Source: Acidobacteriota bacterium (GTDB lineage Bacteria > Acidobacteriota > Thermoanaerobaculia > Multivoradales > JAGPDF01). Taken from it: DNA of 64,000 nt. Numbering within the stretch: the first letter of the stretch is position 1; each line of letters begins with the position of its first letter. The DNA is taken from the NCBI GenBank assembly GCA_012521815.1, contig JAAYLR010000019.1:672-64671 (forward strand), in the 5' to 3' direction. A program made the translations under genes and the position numbers. Below are positions 1 through 8,451 of this stretch, in pieces. The notes below the pieces were generated by a model. It searched no databases and was not told where the DNA came from. It saw only the letters and a program-made list of their open reading frames with translations.

Positions 1-1618
1 CGAGACCCGGGAGGAGTCGGGAGGGCTCGAGGAGCTCGGGCTCAACTACCCGGACCTCGCGCTCGCGCCGGCGGCGCCGGCCGTGCTCGCCGGCTCCGGG
101 ATCCCGTGGGTCCGCCTGATCGCCTGGTGGAAGTGGATGGAGCCGTCGCGGGGCAGCTATGACTTCGCGGCGATGGACGCGAAGGTCGCCGCGGCGCGGG
201 CGAACGGGCAGCCGGTGCTCGTCGCCTTCAACTCGATCCCCTCCTGGGCGAACGGCGCGCCGGCCGACTGCGACTTCTGGGCCGGGGAGTGCGCCGCGCC
301 GCCGGCGAGCGCGAACGACTTCGCCGCCTTCGCGGCCGCGGTCGCCGCCCGGTACCGAGACGACGTCGCCGCCTGGGAGCTCTGGGACGAGCCCGACCGC
401 CCGGCCTTCTGGGGAGGCACGGTGGCGCAGTGGGTCGACCGGATCGCGACGCCGGGGATCGCGGCGATCCGCGCCGCGGCGCCGGGGGCGCTCGTGGTGG
501 GGCCGGCGACCCACTCCGGCCTCGCAGCCTTCCAGCAGCACACGGCGCCGCTCTGCGACCACCTCGACGCGCTCTCGGCCCACTTCTACCCGGCCAACGC
601 CGCGGCCCTGTTCAGTCAGCTCGACACCGCCTACCGGCCGTGGATCGCGGCGCAGTGCGACCGGCCGCTCTGGGTGACCGCGATGGGGATCGACTCCGCG
701 CTCACCGGGGAGGCGGCGCAGGCGGGCGGCTACGTCCAGGCGCTCGCGGGCGCGCTCGCGCGGCCGTATCTCGCGCGGCTCTTCCTCCACCAGTGGGCGG
801 ACGTCGCGAGCGCGTCGGGCCTGGGCGGCGGCTGGGGGCTCGTCGAGTCCGCGGCGCGCCATCACCGGCCGAAGCGCTCGTTCTTCGAGGTGCAGGATTA
901 CATCGCGAGCCTGAAGGGCCTGCCGAACCACCTCGTGATCCGCGACACCTTCGCGAACTCGCCGGCGCGGCCGGTGGCCGGGGCGCTGAGTGGCACCGCC
1001 ACCGAGGTGGGGGGGCGGACGTGGGGCGCGGCGGCCACGGCGGTGCTGGGCACGAGCGAGGTCACCACCGCGACCGGCGGCGCCGGCGCGCACGTGGCCG
1101 GGGTACCGTTCGCCCCGCCCCCCGATCCGGCGCGGCCCCTCCAGGTGGTCGAGGCCGATCTGATCGTCACCGGCGCGGAGTGGGTCGGCCTCGGCTTCTC
1201 GCTCTCGGCCACCGGCGGCTACTGGTCGCACGGGCAGCTCTGGGCCCGTCTCCGCCCGGACGGGACGTACGCGATCCACGCCGACGGGCTCACGCACGAG
1301 CTCCAGAGCGGGGCGATTCCCGGGTTCCGGCCCGCCGGACTGAACCATGTCCAGCTCCGGTACGACCGGACCGCCAACCGGCTCTCGGTGGCGCTCAACG
1401 GCACCGACGTCCTCTCCGGCCGCCGCCTCGGCGACCCGCCGGTCGCGTTCACCCCGTCACTCGCCTTCGCAGGGTTCCAGATCCAGACCGCCCCCGGCAC
1501 CCCCGCCGGCCAGGCCCGGGTCGACAACTTCCGCGTCTTCTCCCGGCCCGATTCCGGCCTCTTCACCGACGGCTTCGAGACCGGCGACCTCTCCCGCTGG
1601 AGCGACCGCCGCCCCTGA
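1..1618 (+). CDS. Secreted glycoside hydrolase with a GH-A clan TIM-barrel catalytic domain (GH5/GH39-like) and a C-terminal concanavalin/LamG-like beta-sandwich. It is 5'-partial: the frame is open back to the window start.
   Basis: ORF 83..1618 has no in-frame stop upstream back to position 2. It carries a WELWDEP motif resembling the acid/base NEP motif of clan GH-A and shows strong GC3 bias. The C-terminal ~200 aa is Gly/Thr-rich beta-sandwich-like. The protein ends in GFETGDLSRWS, a tail shared with the neighbouring secreted proteins. Confidence 0.6.
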   Translation, partial: ETREESGGLEELGLNYPDLALAPAAPAVLAGSGIPWVRLIAWWKWMEPSRGSYDFAAMDAKVAAARANGQPVLVAFNSIPSWANGAPADCDFWAGECAAPPASANDFAAFAAAVAARYRDDVAAWELWDEPDRPAFWGGTVAQWVDRIATPGIAAIRAAAPGALVVGPATHSGLAAFQQHTAPLCDHLDALSAHFYPANAAALFSQLDTAYRPWIAAQCDRPLWVTAMGIDSALTGEAAQAGGYVQALAGALARPYLARLFLHQWADVASASGLGGGWGLVESAARHHRPKRSFFEVQDYIASLKGLPNHLVIRDTFANSPARPVAGALSGTATEVGGRTWGAAATAVLGTSEVTTATGGAGAHVAGVPFAPPPDPARPLQVVEADLIVTGAEWVGLGFSLSATGGYWSHGQLWARLRPDGTYAIHADGLTHELQSGAIPGFRPAGLNHVQLRYDRTANRLSVALNGTDVLSGRRLGDPPVAFTPSLAFAGFQIQTAPGTPAGQARVDNFRVFSRPDSGLFTDGFETGDLSRWSDRRP

Positions 1619-1909
1619 CCGGCGGAGGGCGAGCCGGTTGCCGAGGGAGCGGGACGACTTGGTGAGACATTCCGGGTCCAGCTTCTTCACGTCGTGGCTG
1701 GCGATGGTGCTCACGCCGAGGTCGTGGTCGATCGTCACCTCGGCGAGCCGGGAGCCATGGCGCCGCCCTCTTTCTTCCTCCGCGACCGACAGATCGCCCC
1801 CCACGGGGCCACCGGGGCCGGCCGCGGGGGGCGGGTCGGTCAGGAAAGGGGCAGGAGGCGGGGTCGGGAAGGGTCGGGAGCTACCCGCTGCCGGCGCCTC
1901 TACCGCGGG

Positions 1910-4210
1910 TCAGTTGCAGGGCGTGCCGCTCGCGCCGCGGGCGGCGTCCCAGCGGCAGATGTTCCCCGTCTCGAAGTTATCCGCGAAGAGCGAGGCTGTC
2001 AGATCATCCCTCAGGAGGGAGATGAAGCCGTCCCGATAGCCACCGCCGTAGTTCGTCTGGGCGCCGTTCTGGATCCCGGGCAGATCGTCGAGAGAATCAG
2101 TGTTCCCCCCCACGAAGACCCTGCCTTCGGAGGTTCGAGCCATGGCATGAATCCCATCGGATCCTCCTCCGCCGAGGTAGGTGCTCTGCGCGATGGTCCA
2201 GAAATTTCCGAACCGGCTCAGGTACGAGAGGAAACCGTCGCCGTTGCCACCGCCATAGATCGCCTGGGCGCTGGCGGCGTTGATGCCGGGCAGGTCCGTA
2301 GAAGTGGTACTCCCCGCCACCAGAATGGGGCTCCCAAGCACATTGGGCACTTCGATCAGGGCCTCGATCAGTTCGGCGCCGCTCCCGCCCAGATAGGTGC
2401 TCATGAGGAAGTTCTTCAGATTACCGGACAGTTGGGTGACGAAGCCGTCCCAAATACCGCCGCCGTATTCCGCCTGGGCGCTCCAGGCGGAGATGCCGTG
2501 CAGGTCCGCCGAAGCAGTAAGGCCGCCAACCAGAACGGTGCCTCCGCCCGTCACGATCAGGGCGTTGATACGATCCTCGAAACTCCCGCCCACGTAAGTG
2601 CTCCGAACGACGCTCTTCAGGTCGCCGGCAAGGCGAGAGACGAAGCCGTCCCGGGAGCCTGCGCGAAACTGCTGGGCGCTGTCGAAAACGGCGCCGAGCA
2701 GGCCATCGGATTCGGAGTCGCCCCCCACGATGACGTCGCCATTTCCGGCAAGAGCCAGGGTCGTGATGACGTCATAATCGTTTCCTCCGAGATAGGTGCT
2801 TTGCCAGATCAGGCCCAGGTCCCCCCGGATGCGGGCGACGAAGCCGTCGGCGTTGCCGCTGTAGGTCGGCTGGGCACCGTTCGCCCTCTTGGGCAGGTTC
2901 TCCGACCTGGTAAAGCCGCCCACCACGATGTCACCGTTGTCGGCAATGGCCAAGGCCGTGATCCCATCAGTGCCGCTCCCCCCGAAGTAGGTGCTCCCAT
3001 ACATGAGCGTCAGATCGGATGACAGGCACGAGACGAAGCCGTCCCAGCCACCAGCGTTGGTCTGCTGGGCGCTGCTGGACGTGATGCCGGGAAAGCTCGT
3101 GGAGTCAGTGTAGCCCCCCACCCAGACGACGGGGAACCACCCCGCCTCATTCGGCTCCAGGGCGTTGATTTGATCGGTACCCGCCCCACCCAGGTAGGTG
3201 CTCTGAACGATCGTGCGCAGGTCCCCGGTCAGGCGGGAGACGAAGCCGTCGACGCCGCCGCCATTGGCCGGCTGGGTGCCGCCCATCCTCTTGGGAAAGT
3301 CCGACGAATCCGTGTATCCCGCCACCAGCACGTCACCGTTGGCGGCCAGAGCCAGGGTGTTGACGTAGTCATAGCCGTTCCCCCCCAGGTAGGTGCTCTG
3401 GAGGAGCGGGTCGATCGTCAGCGGTTGCTGCGGGTCGTAGGCGCCGAGAGCAAAGCCCCAGGCCTTCTCCTCGCCGCCGGCCGGAGGTTCGAGGAGCGCG
3501 TAGCGCACCTCGACCGCCCGCCGCTCGCCGCCGATCTCCTGCCACGCCACCGGCGCCGTGTAGGCCAGATCCCCGTTGCCGGTCGTCACCACGAGCCGGC
3601 CGTCGTCCGCAACCGCGAGACGCTCCGCTCCCCGCAGGCCCACCCGGATCCGGGCCGGATCGGCCCCTGGCGCAAGGTGGAAGAGCTTCTCGAAGTTCTG
3701 CCCTCGCGCCGCGAGCTCGACCTCGATCCCCGTCCACGCCTCCCCCAGACGCACCCGCTCCCAGGTGTCCGCCTGGAAGGTCCCCGCCGGGGTGAACCGG
3801 GTCACGTGCGTGACCGCCGCCTCGCTCCCCTGGGGCGAGAGCGGACCGGCGCCGAGCAGGCGCTCCTCGAGCGCCCAGCCCGGACCGCGCTCGGCCCGCT
3901 GCCGCTCCCGCCGGTCCGGATTCGCCGCGGTCGAGCCGCTCGCCGCCACGAGCTCCCGGCCCGGCAGGCTGTAGACGAGCTGCCCCTCGCGCGTGACGAA
4001 GACGGACCCCGCGAACGTCTTCGCCAGGAACGCCACCGCCGGCTCGAACTGCCCCCGGTTCTCCTCGAACGGTACCGTCAGATTGGTCGCCGCCTGCCGC
4101 ACCGTGGCGAGGTCCGGCGCCGGGCTCGTGGCCTCGCTTGCGGCCCCGGCCGCGGCCGCCAGGCCCATCGTCACGATTCCAACGGCCACCGCTCTCCGCG
4201 CTCTGTTCAT
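1910..4210 (-). CDS. Secreted SBBP (seven-bladed beta-propeller, PF06739-type) repeat protein, copy A of a tandem pair
   Basis: ATG at 4210 begins MNRARRAVAVGIVTMGLAAAAGAAS, a signal peptide. There are at least 7 repeats of STYLGG-G-D-I-ALA-NGDV-V-G-T-S-DFP. The C-terminal tail is FADNFETGNICRWDAARGASGTPCN. An RBS GGAGGAAAGGGAGGAG sits upstream. Confidence 0.75.
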   Translation of the reverse strand: MNRARRAVAVGIVTMGLAAAAGAASEATSPAPDLATVRQAATNLTVPFEENRGQFEPAVAFLAKTFAGSVFVTREGQLVYSLPGRELVAASGSTAANPDRRERQRAERGPGWALEERLLGAGPLSPQGSEAAVTHVTRFTPAGTFQADTWERVRLGEAWTGIEVELAARGQNFEKLFHLAPGADPARIRVGLRGAERLAVADDGRLVVTTGNGDLAYTAPVAWQEIGGERRAVEVRYALLEPPAGGEEKAWGFALGAYDPQQPLTIDPLLQSTYLGGNGYDYVNTLALAANGDVLVAGYTDSSDFPKRMGGTQPANGGGVDGFVSRLTGDLRTIVQSTYLGGAGTDQINALEPNEAGWFPVVWVGGYTDSTSFPGITSSSAQQTNAGGWDGFVSCLSSDLTLMYGSTYFGGSGTDGITALAIADNGDIVVGGFTRSENLPKRANGAQPTYSGNADGFVARIRGDLGLIWQSTYLGGNDYDVITTLALAGNGDVIVGGDSESDGLLGAVFDSAQQFRAGSRDGFVSRLAGDLKSVVRSTYVGGSFEDRINALIVTGGGTVLVGGLTASADLHGISAWSAQAEYGGGIWDGFVTQLSGNLKNFLMSTYLGGSGAELIEALIEVPNVLGSPILVAGSTTSTDLPGINAASAQAIYGGGNGDGFLSYLSRFGNFWTIAQSTYLGGGGSDGIHAMARTSEGRVFVGGNTDSLDDLPGIQNGAQTNYGGGYRDGFISLLRDDLTASLFADNFETGNICRWDAARGASGTPCN

Positions 4211-4349
4211 GGCGTTCTCCTCCCTTTCCTCCTCTAACGACAGATCGCCCCCCACGGGGCCAACGGGGCCGGTCGCGGGGGCGGGTCTGTCAGGAAAGGG
4301 GCAGGAGGCGGGGTCGGGAGCTATCCGCAGCCGGTGTCTCTACGGCCGG

Positions 4350-6659
4350 TCAGTGGCAGGGCGTGCCGCTCGCGCCCCGGGCGGCGTCCCAGCGGCAGAT
4401 GTTCCCCGTCTCGAAGCCGTCCGCAAGGAGCGAGGCTGTCAGATCATCCCTCAGGAGGGAGATGAAGCCGTCCCAAGCGCCACCGCCGTAGCTCGCCTGT
4501 GCACCGTTCTGGGTCCCGGGCAGATCGTCGGAAGAATTGGTGTTCCCTCCCACGAAGACCCTGCCGTCGGAGGTCCGAGCCATGGCTTGGATCGGGTCGA
4601 ATTCTCCTCCGCCCAGGTAAGTGCTCTGCGCGATGGTCCAGAAGTTTCCGAACCGGCGCAGGTACGAGAGGAAACCGTCGCTCGCGCCACCACCATAGGT
4701 CGCCTGGGCGCTGGCGGCGTTGATGCCGGGCAGGTCCGTAGAAGAAGTGGTACTCCCCGCCACCAGAATGGGGCTCCCAAGCGCATTTGGCACTTCGACC
4801 AGGGCCCTGATCCAGTCGTCACCGCTCCCGCCCAGATAGGTGCTCATGAGGAAGTTCTTCAGATCACCGGTCAGTTGAGTGACGAAGCCATCCGTATTAC
4901 CGCCGCCGTATTCCGCCTGGGCGCTCCAGGCGGAGATGCCGGGCAGGTCCGCCGAACCGGTGGCGCCTCCGACCCAAACGGTGCCCCCGCTCGTCACGGT
5001 CAGGGCGTTGATATGTTCAACGAAACTCCCGCCCACGTAGGTGCTCCGGACGACGCTCTTCAGGTCCCCGGCAAGGCGAGAGACGAAGCCGTTCTGGAGG
5101 CCTGCGCGAAACTGCTGGGCGCTGCTGGTGCCAGTGCCGAGCAGGCCGTCGGAGGTGGAGTTGCCCCCCACGATGACGTCGCCATTTCCGGCAAGAGCCA
5201 GGGCCCAGATGAAGTCATACTTGTCTCCTCCGATATAGGTGCTCTGCCGGATCAGGCCCAGGTCCCCCCGCAGGCGGGCGACGAAGCCGTCGCTATCGCC
5301 GCCGTAACTCGACTGGGCACCGTTCGCCCTCTTGGGCAGGTTCGCCGACTTGGTATAGCCGCCCACCACGATGTCACCGCCGTCGGCAAGGGCCAGGGTC
5401 TTGATCCCATCATCGCCGCTCCCCCCGTAGTAGGTGCTCCCATACAGGAGCGTCAGATCGGATGACAGGAACGAGACGAAGCCGTCTTTGCCACCAGCGT
5501 TGGTCGGCTGGGCGCGGCTGGACGTAATGCCGGGAAAGTTCGTGGATTCAGTGGAGCCCCCCACCCAGACGACACTGAGCATTCCCCCCTCATTCAGCAC
5601 CAGGGCGGTAATCTCATCGGTACCCGTCCCGCCCAGGTAGGTGCTCTGGATGAGCGTTCGCAGGTCCCCGGTCAGTCGGGCGACGAAGCCGTCGGAGTAG
5701 CCGCCGCCGTAGGCTGGCTGGGCGCCGTTCGTCCTCTTGGGAAAGTTCGGCGAATCCGTTTCACCCGCCACCAGCACGTCACCGTTGGCGGCCAGAGCCA
5801 GAGCGTTGATGTAGTCCCAGCCGCTTCCCCCCAGGTAGGTGCTCTGGAGCAGCGGGTCGATCGTCAGCGGCTGCTGCGGGTCGTAGGCGCCCAGAGCAAA
5901 GCCGTAGGCCTTCTCCTCGCCGCCAGCCGGAGGCTCGAGGAGCGCGTAGCGCACCTCGACCGCCCGCCGCTCGCCGCCGATCTCCTGCCAGGCCACCGGC
6001 GCCGTGTAGGCCAGATCCCCGTTGCCCGTCGTCACCACGAGCCGGCCGTCGTCCGCCACCGCGAGCCGCTCCGCTCCCCGCAGACCCACCCGAATCCGGG
6101 CCGGATCGGCCCCCGGGGCAAGGTGGAACAGTTTCTCGAAGTTCTGCCCCCGCGCCGCGAGCTCGACCACGATCCCCGTCCACGCCTCCCCCAGACGCAC
6201 CCGCTCCCAGGTGTCCGCCTGGAAGGTCCCCGCCGGGGTGAAACGGGTCACATGCGTGACCGCTGCCTCGCTCCCCTGGGGCGAGAGCGGTCCGGTGCCG
6301 AGCAGGCGCTCCTCGAGCGCCCAGCCCGGACCGCGCTCGGCTTGCCGCCGCTCGCGCCGGTCCGGCTTCGCCGCGGGCGAACCGTTCTCCGCCGCCGCGA
6401 GCTCCCGGCCCGGCAGGCTGTAGACGAGCTGCCCCTCACGCGTGACGAAGACCGCACCCGCGAACGTCTTCGCCAGGTAGGCGACCTTCGGCTCGAACTG
6501 CCCCCGGTTCTCCTCGAACGGCACCGCCATCCCGGCCGCCGCCCGCCGCACCGTGGCAAGGTCTGGCGCTGGGCTCGTGGCCTCGCTTGCGGCCCCGGCC
6601 GCGGCCGCCAGGCCCATCGTCACGATTCCAACGGCCACCGCTCTCCGCGCTCTGTTCAT
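4350..6659 (-). CDS. Secreted SBBP beta-propeller repeat protein, copy B, about 90% identical to copy A
   Basis: 769-aa ORF starting MNRARRAVAVG with the same repeat architecture and a ...GFETGNICRWDAARGASGTPCH tail. The upstream and intergenic sequence is also duplicated. Confidence 0.75.
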   Translation of the reverse strand: MNRARRAVAVGIVTMGLAAAAGAASEATSPAPDLATVRRAAAGMAVPFEENRGQFEPKVAYLAKTFAGAVFVTREGQLVYSLPGRELAAAENGSPAAKPDRRERRQAERGPGWALEERLLGTGPLSPQGSEAAVTHVTRFTPAGTFQADTWERVRLGEAWTGIVVELAARGQNFEKLFHLAPGADPARIRVGLRGAERLAVADDGRLVVTTGNGDLAYTAPVAWQEIGGERRAVEVRYALLEPPAGGEEKAYGFALGAYDPQQPLTIDPLLQSTYLGGSGWDYINALALAANGDVLVAGETDSPNFPKRTNGAQPAYGGGYSDGFVARLTGDLRTLIQSTYLGGTGTDEITALVLNEGGMLSVVWVGGSTESTNFPGITSSRAQPTNAGGKDGFVSFLSSDLTLLYGSTYYGGSGDDGIKTLALADGGDIVVGGYTKSANLPKRANGAQSSYGGDSDGFVARLRGDLGLIRQSTYIGGDKYDFIWALALAGNGDVIVGGNSTSDGLLGTGTSSAQQFRAGLQNGFVSRLAGDLKSVVRSTYVGGSFVEHINALTVTSGGTVWVGGATGSADLPGISAWSAQAEYGGGNTDGFVTQLTGDLKNFLMSTYLGGSGDDWIRALVEVPNALGSPILVAGSTTSSTDLPGINAASAQATYGGGASDGFLSYLRRFGNFWTIAQSTYLGGGEFDPIQAMARTSDGRVFVGGNTNSSDDLPGTQNGAQASYGGGAWDGFISLLRDDLTASLLADGFETGNICRWDAARGASGTPCH

Positions 6660-6798
6660 GGCGTTCTCCTCCCTTTCCTCCTCTAACGACAGATCGCCCC
6701 CCGCGGGGCCACCGGGGCCGGTCGCGGCGGCGGGTCTGTCAGGAAAGGGGCAGGAGGCGGGGTCGGGAGCTATCCGCAGCCGGTGTCTCTACGGCCGG

Positions 6799-7255
6799 TC
6801 AGTGGCAGGGCGTGCCGCTCGCGCCCCGGGCGGCGTCCCAGCGGCAGATGTTCCCCGTCTCGAAGCTGTCCGCAAGGAGCGAGGCTGTCAGATCATCCCT
6901 CAGGAGGGAGATGAAGCCGTCCCAGTCGCCACCGCCGTAGTTCGTCTGTGCGCCGTTCTCGCGTCGGGGCGGGTCCGGGGAACTGGTGGTTCCCCCTAAC
7001 ACGACTTCGCCCCCGGGAGTTCGAGCCATGGCAAAGATCCGGTCGTCCAAGCTCCCTCCCGGATGGATGCTCTGCTTGGTAACCGAAAGAGGGCCCAACT
7101 GGCTCAGGTACGAGAGGAAGCTGTCCTCTTTGCCTCCGAGACTCGCCTGGGCGTTGTCGGCGTTGCTGCCGGGCAGGTCCGTGGAAACGGCGCAGCCGGC
7201 GCGCGTCGCCTATCCCCGCGGCCACGCCGCCAACGATGACGACGTGCGGGCTCAT
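6799..7255 (-). pseudogene. Decayed third copy of the SBBP gene. Only the C-terminal ~100 aa is recognisable; upstream repeat sequence is frameshifted and degenerate.
   Basis: ORF 6799..7098 ends ...WDGFISLLRDDLTASLLADSFETGNICRWDAARGASGTPCH, nearly identical to the copy B C-terminus. It lacks the signal peptide and propeller body. Region 7100-7260 retains diverged repeat-like DNA. Confidence 0.5.
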
Positions 7256-7275
7256 ACCCGGACCCGCTCTCGAGG

Positions 7276-8451
7276 CTACGAGCGGACCGCGCGCAGCGAG
7301 GCGATCTCGGCCACGGCGGCGATCGCCGCGTCGATGTGCGCCTGGGTGTTGAACGGCCCGATGCCGAACCGCACCGCGCCGTGGATCTGGTCGGTACCGA
7401 GGTGCTCGTGGACCATCGGTGTGCAGTGCAAGCCGGTGCGGCAGGCGATGTTGTGGTCGACATCGAGCATGGTGCCGGTATCGGCCGCCTCCAGCCCCTC
7501 GACGTTGAACGACAGGACGCTGATCCGCTCTCTTCCCGGTACGTCCTCGGCACAGTAGAGGATCACTCCCGGGACCTCCCGCAGGCCGTCACGCAGGCTG
7601 GTCCACAGACGCATCTCGTGCTCGTGAAGCTTCGCCATGCCTTGCTCGAGCACCCAGTGCACGCCGGCATGCAGCCCGGCGATGCCGGGGAGGTTGGGAG
7701 TGCCGTACTCCATGCGGTACGGGTACTCATCGAGATGGTGGCGCTGGGCGCTCTTGACGCCGGTACCGCCGGCGCGGGTGTGGCGGATCTCCACCCCCTC
7801 GCGTACGTACATCCCGCCGATTCCCATCGGCCCCATCAGGCTCTTGTGGCCGGTGAAGCAGATGACGTCGGCGCCGAGCGTCTCGAGATCGACCGGGACT
7901 ACACCCGCGGTTTGGCTGACGTCGAGGATGAGGTGTACGCCCTGCTCGCGGCAAACCCTGCCGATCGGCGCCACGTCTTGGACGGTGCCGATGACGTTGG
8001 AGCCGTGGTTCATGACCACGGCTCTGGTGCCCGGCGTGATGCGGTCGATCAGCTCCTGCGGGTCGACCCAGCCCTGGGCGTCGAAGTCCACCCAGTCCAC
8101 TTTGACGCCACTCTCGTGCTCGAGCGCCCATAGCGGGCGCAGCGACGAGTTGTGCTCGAGGTGGGTCGTGACCACATGGTCGCCTGGGTTGACGAGGCCG
8201 AAGATCGCCAGGTTGAGCGCGTCGGTGGAGTTGTAGCCGAAGACCAGGCGGTTGGGGTCGGTGCCGCCGAAGAAATCACGCAGCAGCTTGCGCGTTCGGT
8301 CGACCAGCGAGCCGGCCTCGAGGCAGAGGTCGAACCCGCTGCGACCGGGGTTCACCCCGTACTGGCGGTAGAAGGTGTCCATCGCGGTGTACACCACCTC
8401 CGGCTTGGGGAACGAGGTCGCGCCGTTGTCGAGGTAGATCAGGCTGCTCAT
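7276..8451 (-). CDS. Group II cysteine desulfurase (SufS/CsdA-like, aminotransferase class V)
   Basis: Contains the PLP-lysine context HKSLMGPMGIGGMY and an RTGLHCTP catalytic-Cys loop resembling the SufS/CsdA RTGHHCA motif. Its ATG overlaps the upstream gene's stop as ATGA. Confidence 0.8.
   Translation of the reverse strand: MSSLIYLDNGATSFPKPEVVYTAMDTFYRQYGVNPGRSGFDLCLEAGSLVDRTRKLLRDFFGGTDPNRLVFGYNSTDALNLAIFGLVNPGDHVVTTHLEHNSSLRPLWALEHESGVKVDWVDFDAQGWVDPQELIDRITPGTRAVVMNHGSNVIGTVQDVAPIGRVCREQGVHLILDVSQTAGVVPVDLETLGADVICFTGHKSLMGPMGIGGMYVREGVEIRHTRAGGTGVKSAQRHHLDEYPYRMEYGTPNLPGIAGLHAGVHWVLEQGMAKLHEHEMRLWTSLRDGLREVPGVILYCAEDVPGRERISVLSFNVEGLEAADTGTMLDVDHNIACRTGLHCTPMVHEHLGTDQIHGAVRFGIGPFNTQAHIDAAIAAVAEIASLRAVRS

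Larger units (their letters stand above)
1760..7270. repeat. Tandem duplication array with a ~2.45 kb unit: two intact SBBP genes, a truncated third copy and an extra copy of the 5'UTR/RBS segment at about 1760-1805
   Basis: Near-identical DNA at 1800-1930, 4215-4350 and 6660-6800 (RBS plus signal-peptide start), and identical gene bodies. Confidence 0.6.

Noticed and set aside
1694-5465. Plus-strand ORFs of 442, 355 and 490 aa overlapping the SBBP genes
   Set aside because: Antisense to the repeat-containing SBBP genes. They mirror those repeats with no independent coding bias.
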